From contig JARGFH010000035.1 in the NCBI GenBank assembly GCA_029210695.1, positions 1 to 40,911 on the forward strand: a stretch of DNA of 40,911 nt, given 5' to 3'. Below, piece by piece: positions 31,519 through 40,838 of this stretch; position 1 is the first letter of the stretch, and each line of letters opens with the position of its first letter. The DNA comes from Acidimicrobiia bacterium. GTDB lineage: Bacteria > Actinomycetota > Acidimicrobiia > Spongiisociales > JAHEDJ01. The notes below the pieces were generated by a model. The model saw only the letters and a program-made list of their open reading frames with translations. It searched no databases and had not been told where the DNA came from. Made by a program: the position numbers and the translations under genes.

Positions 31519-31691
31519 GGGGTTTCTGCATTTCGTATGGCTCGTTTGAGCACTTCTGCTGCCAGTCCGCGGCCGGGGGCTTCCCACCGGCAATAGACCT
31601 GGCCCGCTGACCAAGAGGGCAGTGACCTATTCCTCTGGCGGCATGGCCCATCCTCTGGCCTACTTGCTGGTGAGGGGACCGGAGGTTCAGC

Positions 31692-32111
31692 ATGCGACGC
31701 ATTCGATTCTTGCTTCCTGTGTTACTCGTACTTGGCGCATGTGGAAGCAGCGGCGTGGGATCTGGTGAGTCCATCGGGGATGTGGTGATGGAGGCATGGT
31801 CCGGCGGCGATCCAGCGGCTATCGAGCGTATTTACGACACCGATGTGGTGATGGTGCTTGACGGCGATATCGTTGCTGAAGACCGCCAACAGATAACCGG
31901 AATCATCGAAGGTGCAGTCGGTATTGGCAACACGTATCAGCTGATTGGTTCGGTGACCGAATACAACGCTTCGAACGGTGACCTGTTCGTCGCGACTCTC
32001 GTAGAGGTCGTCGGCGCTGGCCACACAACGGGGGACCCCACTGTCGGTTTCTATCGGGTCAGGGATGGCAAGGTCATCCGGCACGTGTTCATGGATGCCG
32101 CGGTCTACTGA
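31692..32111 (+). CDS. SnoaL/NTF2-like lipoprotein
   Basis: GGAGG RBS, lipobox LGAC, AWSGGD...IYDTDVV and YRVRDGKVIRH patterns. Confidence 0.7.
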   Translation: MRRIRFLLPVLLVLGACGSSGVGSGESIGDVVMEAWSGGDPAAIERIYDTDVVMVLDGDIVAEDRQQITGIIEGAVGIGNTYQLIGSVTEYNASNGDLFVATLVEVVGAGHTTGDPTVGFYRVRDGKVIRHVFMDAAVY

Positions 32112-32126
32112 CCGTCACTCGATCGG

Positions 32127-32627
32127 ATGAATACGATGAATGTCATGACTGATGCTGTTGAGCTTCGTTTGATGACACCCGGCGATTTCACTGCTGTTGT
32201 AGATCTGGCTCGGGCGCTTCCCCAGTGGTTCAACGAGGAAGGAATCCGACAGATCACGGTCGACATTGAACGTCAGCCGGGTGCTGTCGCAAGGGCGAAC
32301 GGTGATGTGATTGGATTCATCACCTGGACTTCCGACGGACACAGTTCCGGTGAGATTGGGTGGATTGCTGTCGATTCCGGCCATCACCGTGAGGGCATAG
32401 GCAGGCGGCTGCTCTCATTGGCAGAGGATCGGCTCCAGGAGTTCGGGGTGATTGATTTGTTCGTGGATACGCTCGGCGACTCCGTCGACTACGAGCCGTA
32501 CGACCGGACTCGTGCCTTCTACCGGGCGGTTGGGTTTCGGGACTTCAAGAGAGTGAAGACCGACAACCCCGGAATGCCGGAGTCTCTGACTCTCCATAAG
32601 ACACTCACACCGTCCGAGCCGGCGTAA
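32127..32627 (+). CDS. GNAT family acetyltransferase
   Basis: EIGWIAV, HHREGIGRRLL (motif A), TRAFYRAVGF. Start may be ATG 32136 or 32145. Confidence 0.85.
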   Translation: MNTMNVMTDAVELRLMTPGDFTAVVDLARALPQWFNEEGIRQITVDIERQPGAVARANGDVIGFITWTSDGHSSGEIGWIAVDSGHHREGIGRRLLSLAEDRLQEFGVIDLFVDTLGDSVDYEPYDRTRAFYRAVGFRDFKRVKTDNPGMPESLTLHKTLTPSEPA

Positions 32628-32673
32628 GACCGACGCCGGGTCCGCACAGAGCCTCGGCATCCGACCGCGCGTT

Positions 32674-32737
32674 CTCCCCCCATTGGAAATGGGGGGAGTG
32701 GCCGCCGACCCAGCGGGGCGGCGGTCGAGGGGGGCAA
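32674..32737 (-). repeat. Double-hairpin intergenic element related to the 50-bp array unit
   Basis: Minus strand reads TTGCCCCCCT, hairpin, ACTCCCCCCATT-TCC-AATGGGGGGAG. Confidence 0.7.
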
Positions 32738-32738
32738 T

Positions 32739-32761
32739 GCCTATTGCCTATTGCCTATTGC
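32739..32761. repeat. Heptamer tandem repeat (GCCTATT)x3
   Basis: GCCTATT GCCTATT GCCTATT GC. Confidence 0.8.
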
Positions 32762-32818
32762 ATGTTCCCCACTGGCCCTGTTCGCCCCGCCCGCCCATTG
32801 CGGCGAGAATGTGCACCG

Positions 32819-34585
32819 ATGCAAGCTGAACAGGCGGCCACGATCGTTCACGGAGCGTTCCAGTCTTACGTCGACCAGTTCCGGGTAATCACCCGCCGGG
32901 CTCAAACGCGGTTTGAGCGGCGTGATTGGCAAGGTGCTCAGCAAGACGCGTTGGAGCGATTGTCGCTGTACCGAACCGTTCTCGATCCACTCGTCATCGA
33001 GGTTCGGGGACTCCTCAGCGACCACCTCTCCGACAAGGCCATGTGGGCCGAGATGCGGGCGACGTATTCGACGCTGATCGCCGACAGGGACGACTTCGAC
33101 ATCGCAGAGACCTTCTTCAACTCGGTCACCCGGCGCATCTTCGATACGGTCGGTGTTGATCCGACGATCGAGTTCGTCGACACCGACTTCGTCACCGCTC
33201 CGACCAGGACCCGGCGGCCGGTCTATCGGACGTACCAGCGGTCGTCGGATACCTCCGTGCTGATCGCTGAGATCCTCTCCGGGTTCGCTCTCACGGTCGG
33301 CTACGAGGATCTCGCCCGCGACGCCGGGCTAGTCGCCGAACGTGTCGAGCAACGGCTCCTCGAACTCGGTGCACTCTCGATCGTCGAGTTGGCCGAAGTG
33401 GTCGAGTCGCTGTTCTTCCGCGGCAAGGGCGCCTATATCGTCGGGCGTCTCTTCAGTGGTTCCCATGACCTCCCGCTCGTGATCGCTCTCCACAACGAGG
33501 ACTCCGGCGTGCGGGTCGACGCCGTCCTGACCCGGCCGGCGGACCTTCGCGTCCTCTTCAGCTTCACGCGGTCCTACTTCCATGTTGACACCGAGCGCCC
33601 CTACGACCTGGTTCGCTTCCTCCGGAGCTTGATGCCGGGCAAACGCCCTGCGGAGCTGTACATCGCAACCGGCTACAACAAGCACGGCAAGACCGAGCTA
33701 TACCGGGATTTGTTGCACCATCTGGAGCGCTCTGCCAGCAAGTTCGTGGCCGCCAGAGGCAAGAAGGGTCTGGTGATGATCGTATTTACGATGCCCGGCC
33801 ACGACCTGGTCTTCAAAGTGATTCGCGACCGGTTTCCCCCTCAGAAACGAACAACACGTCGTCAGATCATGGACCGATACAGGCTGGTCTTTCATCACGA
33901 TAGAGCCGGCCGCCTCATCGACGCTCAGGAGTTCGAGCACCTGGCTTTCGATCGAGATCGATTCTCCGATGAGCTCATCGAGGAGCTGGAAGCGGATGCC
34001 TCCGAGACCGTTCGGGTCGTAGGCGACGCGGTGGTCATATCCCACGTGTACGTGGAGCGCAGGGTCATCCCGCTCGACATCTACATTCGCGAGGCCGACC
34101 AGATGGCCGCCCACCGTGCCATCGGCGACTACGGGCAATGTATCAAAGACCTGGCGGCGGCCAACATCTTCGCCGGTGACCTGCTCCTCAAGAACTTCGG
34201 CGTGACCCGGCATGGTCGGGTCGTCTTCTACGACTACGACGAACTGACCGAGCTACTCGACTGCAACTTCCGCCGCATTCCCGAACCCGTTCATCCGGAA
34301 GATGAGCTATCGGAGCAACCGTGGTATTCGGTGGGTCCCGACGACATATTCCCAGAAGAGCTCCGGCACTTCCTCGGACTGCGATCACCACTGAAGGACA
34401 CATTTGAAGATCGGCACTCCGACATCTTCGATACCCCGCTCTGGCACGGCCTACAGGACGCCATCCGGGCGGGCGAGATCGTCGAAGTGATTCCGTACAG
34501 CGACACAGACCGGCTTACCGATGACGGGAAGGTTCGGGGGGCCGTGATTGGCAGCTCCTTCGAGCACCGGCCTGATGGCTCCTGA
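32819..34585 (+). CDS. aceK: Isocitrate dehydrogenase kinase/phosphatase
   Basis: AETFFNSVTRR, FSFTRSYF, GYNKHGKTELYR, GLVMIVFT, VFKVIRDRF, HDRAGRLIDAQEF, GDLLLKNFGVTRHGRVVFYDYDE, DIFPEE. Confidence 0.95.
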   Translation: MQAEQAATIVHGAFQSYVDQFRVITRRAQTRFERRDWQGAQQDALERLSLYRTVLDPLVIEVRGLLSDHLSDKAMWAEMRATYSTLIADRDDFDIAETFFNSVTRRIFDTVGVDPTIEFVDTDFVTAPTRTRRPVYRTYQRSSDTSVLIAEILSGFALTVGYEDLARDAGLVAERVEQRLLELGALSIVELAEVVESLFFRGKGAYIVGRLFSGSHDLPLVIALHNEDSGVRVDAVLTRPADLRVLFSFTRSYFHVDTERPYDLVRFLRSLMPGKRPAELYIATGYNKHGKTELYRDLLHHLERSASKFVAARGKKGLVMIVFTMPGHDLVFKVIRDRFPPQKRTTRRQIMDRYRLVFHHDRAGRLIDAQEFEHLAFDRDRFSDELIEELEADASETVRVVGDAVVISHVYVERRVIPLDIYIREADQMAAHRAIGDYGQCIKDLAAANIFAGDLLLKNFGVTRHGRVVFYDYDELTELLDCNFRRIPEPVHPEDELSEQPWYSVGPDDIFPEELRHFLGLRSPLKDTFEDRHSDIFDTPLWHGLQDAIRAGEIVEVIPYSDTDRLTDDGKVRGAVIGSSFEHRPDGS

Positions 34586-34630
34586 GGAGTAGAATTCGGC
34601 CGGGACTCGAATAGAGGAAGCAGGGATTCC

Positions 34631-35080
34631 ATGCGGGTGATGGTTGCTGCGGCAACGGTGCTGGTGGTGCTGGCCGGTGCCTGTGCATCCGACCCTGATC
34701 CGAAAGTCGCCCTGGCCGTCTCGATCGGTGATCAACTGGCCGAGCCGATGAGCGCTTCGTTGACTGATGCGGTCGGGAGTATCGACGTCTATGAACGTCT
34801 AGACGATCTGCTGGTTGGGGCGATCCTTGATCTGGCGCTGCCGGACGGCGTCGACGAACTGATCCCGGGAAGCGAGTTGCAGACGGGCCGAGATGATGAG
34901 GGACTCGCCTACGTGGCGACGGCGATCGCGGTGTTTCGAGCCGCTGAATCCGACTTCTGCATGGTGGTCGCCCTGGCCAGCGACGGACGGGTAGAGGCCC
35001 GACCGGTGGTGGCCGAGCCTGTGGGGCGTTGCGAAGGCGCGGAACTGCCGGATCTCAGGCTGACCTCCGGCAGTCGGTAG
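34631..35080 (+). CDS. Hypothetical lipoprotein
   Basis: Hydrophobic leader with AGAC lipobox and a GC3-rich frame. Confidence 0.65.
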   Translation: MRVMVAAATVLVVLAGACASDPDPKVALAVSIGDQLAEPMSASLTDAVGSIDVYERLDDLLVGAILDLALPDGVDELIPGSELQTGRDDEGLAYVATAIAVFRAAESDFCMVVALASDGRVEARPVVAEPVGRCEGAELPDLRLTSGSR

Positions 35081-35214
35081 TCCGCCCGTGTTCGGGGAGC
35101 CGATGCGCTATCCAACAAAAGGGTCTCGTGACCGCTCCGCAGGTGACAGAGGTAGGCATTAGCGCCACGGCCGGCCGTGAGAGAATGCGGCTTGAGCATT
35201 AGAGGGGAAATCTG

Positions 35215-37971
35215 TTGTCTGCGTATCCATCAGAGTATGAGTTCGATGTCGTCCTGCGCGACGGCGAGGTAGCCCAGTTCCGGCCCATCAAACCAACCGA
35301 CGGTGAGCGGATGCTCCGCATGTTCGAACGGATGGGACCCGAGTCGCGGTACTTCAGGTTCTTCCGGGTCAAACGCGAGCTGACGCCTGAGGAACTGGAC
35401 TACTTCACCGACGTGGACTACAGCGACCGCATGGCCATCATCGTCTGCCAGGACGGGGAGATGGTTGGCGTTGGTCGCTACGACCGGGCCGAAGATGATC
35501 CGGCTCTCGCCGAGGTGGCGTTCGCCGTCGATGACGGCCACCAGGGACGCGGTATCGGCACCCAACTGCTTCAGTTGCTCACGGTATACGGGCGCGCCCA
35601 CGGCATCACCGGGTTTCGCGCTTTCGTTTTGCCGGAAAACGTGGGGATGATGCGGGTTTTCCGCAACAGTGGTTTCGCCCTCGGACGGACGCTGGAAGAG
35701 GGGATCTACACGGTCGACTTTCCGGTCGAGCAAACTGAAGACGCCCTTGCTCGCGAACAGGTGCGCGAGCGCCGTGCCGTTGCCGCATCGGTTCTTCCGA
35801 TCCTCTATCCACGTTCGGTGGCGGTGGTTGGTGCCAGCAGGTCACCAGGGAGCATTGGGAGTCGCCTGCTTCGCAACCTCGTGCACAACGGCTTCACGGG
35901 ACCGGTCTACCCGGTCAACCCGTCTGCAGACGTCGTCAACTCGATCCGCGCCTATCCGTCGGTGAGTGACATCCCCGGCGATGTCGACCTGGCCATCATC
36001 GTCGTGCCCTCCCCGTACGTGCTGTCGGTTGTCGAGGACTGTGCCGAAAAGGGCGTGCGCGGTTTGGTGGTGATCTCGGCAGGTTTCTCGGAGGTCGGTG
36101 GAGAAGGCTTAGAACTCGAGCGGAAGCTGCTCGAACAAGTCCGTTCGGCCGGGATGCGCATGGTGGGCCCGAACTGCATGGGTGTGCTCAATACGAGCAG
36201 AACCGTTTCCATGAACGGCACGTTCGCCCCCGTGTATCCGCCCCGCGGCAATGTGGCCATGTCCAGCCAATCGGGTGCGCTCGGAATTGCCATTCTCGAT
36301 TACGCACACAGTGCCAACATCGGTATCTCGTCATTCGTTTCGGTCGGCAACAAGGCAGACATTTCGGGCAACGACCTGCTGCTGGCCTGGGAAGAGGATC
36401 CTGCGACCGATGTCATCGTGCTCTACCTCGAGTCGTTTGGTAACCCGCGCAAGTTCGCCCGGGTCGCCAGACGGGTCGCCCGAACCAAGCCAATCGTGGC
36501 CGTGAAGTCCGGACGAACCGCCGCCGGAACCAGGGCAGCCAGCAGTCATACCGGGGCATTGGCCTCGACGGACGTCGCCGTCGACGCGTTGTTCCACCAG
36601 ACGGGTGTGATTCGAACGAACACGCTCGAGGAGTTATTCGACGTGGCTCAACTGCTCGCCAACCAGCCGGTTCCGCGGGGTCGACGAGTTGGTGTCATCA
36701 CGAACGCCGGCGGCCCCGGCATTCTGGCGGCCGACGCACTCGAATCGAACGGTCTGATCATGGAGGAGTTCTCAGAAGGACTGCAGAAGAAGCTCAAGTC
36801 GGTTCTCTCAGCCGAAGCCTCCGTCCGGAACCCCGTCGACATGATTGCCTCGGCCGGGCCCGAGCAGTACATCCATACGCTCAAAGCGTTGCTCGAGAGC
36901 GATGAGATCGACGCTCTGATGGCGATCTACATTCCGACCACTCCTGAAGGTGCGCCGGAGATCGCCGGGGCGGTGCGAGAGGCCCTTTCAGACTACGACG
37001 GCGAAAAGACCTTCCTGTCGGTGTTCATGCAGTCTGACGACGCCGCCCAGATGCTGGTTGCCGACGGCACGAGGATCCCCACCTACCTCTTTCCCGAGTC
37101 CGCCGCTCTGGCACTGGCCAGAGCAGTGCGCTATGGAGAGTGGCTCGAGGTCCCGGAAGGTACGATCCCCCAGTTCGCCGACATCGACACCCAGACGGCG
37201 CGCTACGTGGTCGACAAGGCGCTGAACCGCCTCGGTCCGGACGGTGGATGGCTCGAAGCCGGCGAAGTGCGCGATGTGCTTGCCGCTTTCGGTGTCGGCC
37301 TTCCGCTCGAAGCGACGGCGGACAGCGCCGAAGAGGCAGTGGAAGTCGCCAACACGATCGGTGGACCGGTGGCCGTCAAGGTGTTGTCGCCCTCTGCTCT
37401 CCACAAGTCGGACGTCGGCGGTGTCTTGCTCGATGTCGAGGGGGATGATGAGGTCAGAGAGGCCTACGAGCAGGTACGGGCGGCAGTAGATGATCCTGAA
37501 GGAGTTCTCATCCAGCAGATGGTGGCTGGTGGACATGAAGTCCTGATCGGCATGACGGAGAGTCCTTCGTTCGGGCCCCTGCTGGCCTTCGGACTCGGAG
37601 GGGTCTACGTCGAGCTGTTGAAGGATGTGGCATTCCGGGTCCTGCCGTTGAACGATCTCGAAGCGTCCACCATGGTCAAAGAGGTGAAGGGGTACCGTCT
37701 ACTCGAGGGATATCGCGGAATGCCGTCTGGTGATGTGCACGCGGTAGAAGAGGCCCTGCTGCGGGTCTCCGCTCTGATCGATGCGCTTCCTGAGCTGGTC
37801 GAGATGGATCTCAATCCGGTCAAGGTGCTGGAGCCGGGGGAGGGCGTCCAGGTGGTTGATGCACGCCTCCGTGTGCAGCCGATCAAAGAAGGCTGGGCTC
37901 CCGAACTCGTCGACATACCCTCGGTGGCGAATCGGGCGCGGCAGAGGAGCGGGTCGGCGGGCTGCGTGTAG
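35215..37971 (+). CDS. N-terminal GNAT fused to NDP-forming acyl-CoA synthetase domains (Pat/PatA-like protein acetyltransferase)
   Basis: ESRYFRFF and HQGRGIGT (GNAT). PRSVAVVGAS, VYPVNP, GPNCMG, SQSGA, SVGNKAD, SHTGA, NPVD, HKSDVGGV and DLNP (ligase/ATP-grasp). Confidence 0.9.
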   Translation: MSAYPSEYEFDVVLRDGEVAQFRPIKPTDGERMLRMFERMGPESRYFRFFRVKRELTPEELDYFTDVDYSDRMAIIVCQDGEMVGVGRYDRAEDDPALAEVAFAVDDGHQGRGIGTQLLQLLTVYGRAHGITGFRAFVLPENVGMMRVFRNSGFALGRTLEEGIYTVDFPVEQTEDALAREQVRERRAVAASVLPILYPRSVAVVGASRSPGSIGSRLLRNLVHNGFTGPVYPVNPSADVVNSIRAYPSVSDIPGDVDLAIIVVPSPYVLSVVEDCAEKGVRGLVVISAGFSEVGGEGLELERKLLEQVRSAGMRMVGPNCMGVLNTSRTVSMNGTFAPVYPPRGNVAMSSQSGALGIAILDYAHSANIGISSFVSVGNKADISGNDLLLAWEEDPATDVIVLYLESFGNPRKFARVARRVARTKPIVAVKSGRTAAGTRAASSHTGALASTDVAVDALFHQTGVIRTNTLEELFDVAQLLANQPVPRGRRVGVITNAGGPGILAADALESNGLIMEEFSEGLQKKLKSVLSAEASVRNPVDMIASAGPEQYIHTLKALLESDEIDALMAIYIPTTPEGAPEIAGAVREALSDYDGEKTFLSVFMQSDDAAQMLVADGTRIPTYLFPESAALALARAVRYGEWLEVPEGTIPQFADIDTQTARYVVDKALNRLGPDGGWLEAGEVRDVLAAFGVGLPLEATADSAEEAVEVANTIGGPVAVKVLSPSALHKSDVGGVLLDVEGDDEVREAYEQVRAAVDDPEGVLIQQMVAGGHEVLIGMTESPSFGPLLAFGLGGVYVELLKDVAFRVLPLNDLEASTMVKEVKGYRLLEGYRGMPSGDVHAVEEALLRVSALIDALPELVEMDLNPVKVLEPGEGVQVVDARLRVQPIKEGWAPELVDIPSVANRARQRSGSAGCV

Positions 37972-37988
37972 AGGTACCAGGTACCTCC

Positions 37989-39233
37989 TCAGTCTTTCTC
38001 GGCCAGCTCTCTGAACTCGTCGGGGACGGCTCCTGTCTCGGACAGCACCACGGATGCGTAGCCCACGGACGCCCGGCCGAAGCGCTGTCGTGCCTCGTCG
38101 ACCGACCGGTCGAGCACCCAGCGAGCCGCGCCGGTTGCGGTCCCCGGGCGGCGATTATCTTCGCCTATCTCGATCGGCAGCTCGAGTTGGAGGGCGGGTT
38201 CCTCTTCGAGGTGCGATACCGAGATAGCGAGGAGGGAGATCACCTTCTCGGCAGAGTGATCCTGCAGTGCGCTTCTCACCAGATCCCCCGCGATATCCGC
38301 CAGGATCGAGGTGGCCGATACCGCGGCGGGAAGCGTGATTGACCGGGTCACCGACTTGAGGTCCGCGAAACGGATCCGGGTGGTGATCGTCCTTCCTGAG
38401 CGGTTCTTGGCGCGCAGGCGGGTGGCGACCCGATCCGCGAGGTGGCGCAGTGTCGAATCGATCAATTCGTCGGTGGCCTGGCGGCGCCCCATCGCCGATT
38501 GTGCCCCGACCGATCCTGCCCTGTGATAGGTCTCAACATCGCGAGCATCACGGTTCCAGGCCAGCGAACCGAGTTTTGCCCCTACCGCCCGTCCCACGAG
38601 GTGCTCCAAAGACTGTCCCGGCATAGCCGCCAGCTCGCCGATCGTCGTGATGCCCTTTTCTGCGAGCCGCTTCCGGGTCACCGGTCCGACACCCCAGATC
38701 AGATCGACCGGGAGCGGGTGCAGGAAGTCGAGTTCGTGCTCGGGATCGACGACCACGATTCCGTCCGGCTTGGCAACTTGTGAGGCGATCTTGGCCAGGT
38801 GCTTGGTTCTGGCGGCTCCAACGGAAATGGGGAGCCCGACTTCTGCACGGACCCGGCGGCGGATCGTTGCTCCGATGTCCCCTGGTTTCCCGAAGAGGTG
38901 CGTAGAGCCCGACACGTCTGCAAAGGCCTCATCGATCGAGATGCGTTCAATCAGCGGCGTGAAGTCGCGGATGATCTCGATGGCCTGGTCACCGAGTCGC
39001 TGGTACTCGGAGAAGTGTCCGTCCACGAACTGAAGCTGGGGACAGAGTTGGCGAGCTTGACGCCCCGGCATGCCGCCCCGGACGCCGAATGCCTTCGCCT
39101 CGTACGAGGCAGCCAGCACCACGCCTCCTCCGACCGCGATGGGCTTGCCGCGCAGGCCCGGGTTCAGGAGTTGCTCAACGGACGCGTAGAACGCATCGAG
39201 ATCGGCGTGGAGGATGGTCGGGGCCTCCGTCAT
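37989..39233 (-). CDS. dinB: DNA polymerase IV
   Basis: ILHADLDAFYASVEQ, AASYEAK, SIDEAF, KPDG, WGVG. Confidence 0.95.
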   Translation of the reverse strand: MTEAPTILHADLDAFYASVEQLLNPGLRGKPIAVGGGVVLAASYEAKAFGVRGGMPGRQARQLCPQLQFVDGHFSEYQRLGDQAIEIIRDFTPLIERISIDEAFADVSGSTHLFGKPGDIGATIRRRVRAEVGLPISVGAARTKHLAKIASQVAKPDGIVVVDPEHELDFLHPLPVDLIWGVGPVTRKRLAEKGITTIGELAAMPGQSLEHLVGRAVGAKLGSLAWNRDARDVETYHRAGSVGAQSAMGRRQATDELIDSTLRHLADRVATRLRAKNRSGRTITTRIRFADLKSVTRSITLPAAVSATSILADIAGDLVRSALQDHSAEKVISLLAISVSHLEEEPALQLELPIEIGEDNRRPGTATGAARWVLDRSVDEARQRFGRASVGYASVVLSETGAVPDEFRELAEKD

Positions 39234-39239
39234 GATCCC

Positions 39240-39260
39240 AGTGTAGCGAACGTATGTTCG
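39240..39260 (-). promoter_or_regulatory. LexA (SOS) box plus -10 element of dinB
   Basis: Palindrome CGAAC-GTAT-GTTCG (39247-39260). Minus-strand TACACT (39245-39240) lies 6 nt before the ATG. Confidence 0.85.
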
Positions 39261-39289
39261 GCGCGAGTCGCGGATCGGTCGCCTTGTCG

Positions 39290-40777
39290 TTACTCATCTA
39301 TTCCCGCCAGCTTCTTCGCCAGCGACTTCTTGCCGGCTATTTCGGCCTGCCGCCCGATCAGGACTCGTTGAGCTTGGGGTGAGCCGGCCCCGTGCAAGGA
39401 CTCGGTGAGGTAGCCGACCGCGTTACGGCCGAGCGTCATGTTTTCGATGAGGCGCAGCACCCTCATCCTGTCTTCGGTCGAAATGTCCTCACGACCCCGG
39501 AGGTACTTCTCGAGGATCGGGCCGGCCTCCGGGTGCTCGAAGTCCTGCTGCGAGGGCATGGTCACAATCAGACCGCCGGCCAGATCCTGGGCGAGGCGCG
39601 CCAGTTCGTATGGAAAGCGGGTCACGTTGTGTTTGCAGACGTTGGCGAGCAGGGCATCGTTCTCGAAGTTGCCCGCCTCGGTTTGGAAGGACTCATGTGA
39701 GGAGGCGATACCCCCGCCGTAGATCGTCTCATTGAGATGGTTCATCTCGACGAGCTTGTCCTTGATATGCGACGCCTTCTCGACTCCGTTGTATTCGGCG
39801 GCCAGCGCGGCCGCACCGATGAGGACATCGCCGACGCCGCTCTTGCACACGTAGCTCCGCCGGTGATACGAGGTGAATCGCTCGACGAGGGTCGCCGCGA
39901 ACTCATATTCGCCGTCCATGAAGACGTGCTCCCAGGGAACGAAGACGTCATCGAGAATGATCATCGCTTCCTGACCGCTGTAGAGGGCGTTGCCGGCGTC
40001 GATCTCGCCGCCGTCGAGGATTCGCGTGTCGCACGATTGGCGTCCGTAGATGTAGGTCAAGCCGGGAGCTTCGACCGGTACGGCACAGGTCACCGCATAG
40101 TCCCGGTCGGCTTCGCCGAGTCGAATGGTCGGCATCACGATGAACCAGTGGGAGTTGATTGCCCCTGTTTGATGGGCCTTGGCACCCCGGATCACGATGC
40201 CGTCGGCACGCCGTTCGGTCACGTGGAGGTAGAGGTCGGGATCGGCCTGTTCGGATGGGGCTTTGGAGCGGTCGCCTTTGGGGTCGGTCATTGCTCCGCC
40301 GATGACGAAGTTCATTCTTTGCATCTCGGCGAGCCAGGTCGTGAAGCGCCGGTGATAGTCCGTGCCGTGGGCGGCGTCGATGTCGAAAGTCACCGAGAAC
40401 GTAGAGTTGATGGCGTCCATGCCCACGCAGCGCTGGAAGCAGGTGCCGGTGAGTTGCCCGAGGCGCCGTTGCATCTTGTTTTGGGCCACCACGTCGTCGA
40501 CGCTTTCGGTGACGTGGAGGAACCGGTTGACCGGGGCTTCCACAATCGAGGATGTTGGTGAGGCCAGGCCCGGGTCATCGACTGCCAGGTCGTAGGTGGC
40601 CGCCAGTGCGTTGATCGATGGGCGGATGATGGGATGGTCGACTGGTTCGGTGACCTTCTCACCCATGAGGAATACCGTGAGGTGGCGTTTGCGGAGGCTC
40701 TCGACGTAGTCGTCTCCGGTGCGGATCGGTTCACCCTTTTTCCAGCCGGTCATACCCTCTCCAATCGATGGGGCCAC
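39290..40777 (-). CDS. abfD: 4-hydroxybutyryl-CoA dehydratase (HpaB/AbfD fold, [4Fe-4S]/FAD)
   Basis: TCFQRCVGMD and YHRRSYVCKSG (3 Cys + His cluster ligands), GAMTDPKGDRS, GAKAHQTG, TESLHGAGSPQAQR. Alternative start is ATG 40753. Confidence 0.85.
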   Translation of the reverse strand: MAPSIGEGMTGWKKGEPIRTGDDYVESLRKRHLTVFLMGEKVTEPVDHPIIRPSINALAATYDLAVDDPGLASPTSSIVEAPVNRFLHVTESVDDVVAQNKMQRRLGQLTGTCFQRCVGMDAINSTFSVTFDIDAAHGTDYHRRFTTWLAEMQRMNFVIGGAMTDPKGDRSKAPSEQADPDLYLHVTERRADGIVIRGAKAHQTGAINSHWFIVMPTIRLGEADRDYAVTCAVPVEAPGLTYIYGRQSCDTRILDGGEIDAGNALYSGQEAMIILDDVFVPWEHVFMDGEYEFAATLVERFTSYHRRSYVCKSGVGDVLIGAAALAAEYNGVEKASHIKDKLVEMNHLNETIYGGGIASSHESFQTEAGNFENDALLANVCKHNVTRFPYELARLAQDLAGGLIVTMPSQQDFEHPEAGPILEKYLRGREDISTEDRMRVLRLIENMTLGRNAVGYLTESLHGAGSPQAQRVLIGRQAEIAGKKSLAKKLAGIDE

Positions 40778-40838
40778 GCTACTCCGTCAAGCCTCGCATC
40801 CGATCCCTGCGGTGGAGCTTTCACCGGAAGTGCCGGCT

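Noticed and set aside
34602..34613. Reverse-strand TTCGAGTCCC as another att copy
   Set aside because: Only about 10 bp and inverted relative to the tRNA, consistent with chance.
39290..40777. 4-hydroxyphenylacetate 3-monooxygenase HpaB
   Set aside because: The [4Fe-4S] ligand motifs are present and no flavin reductase is adjacent, which favours AbfD.
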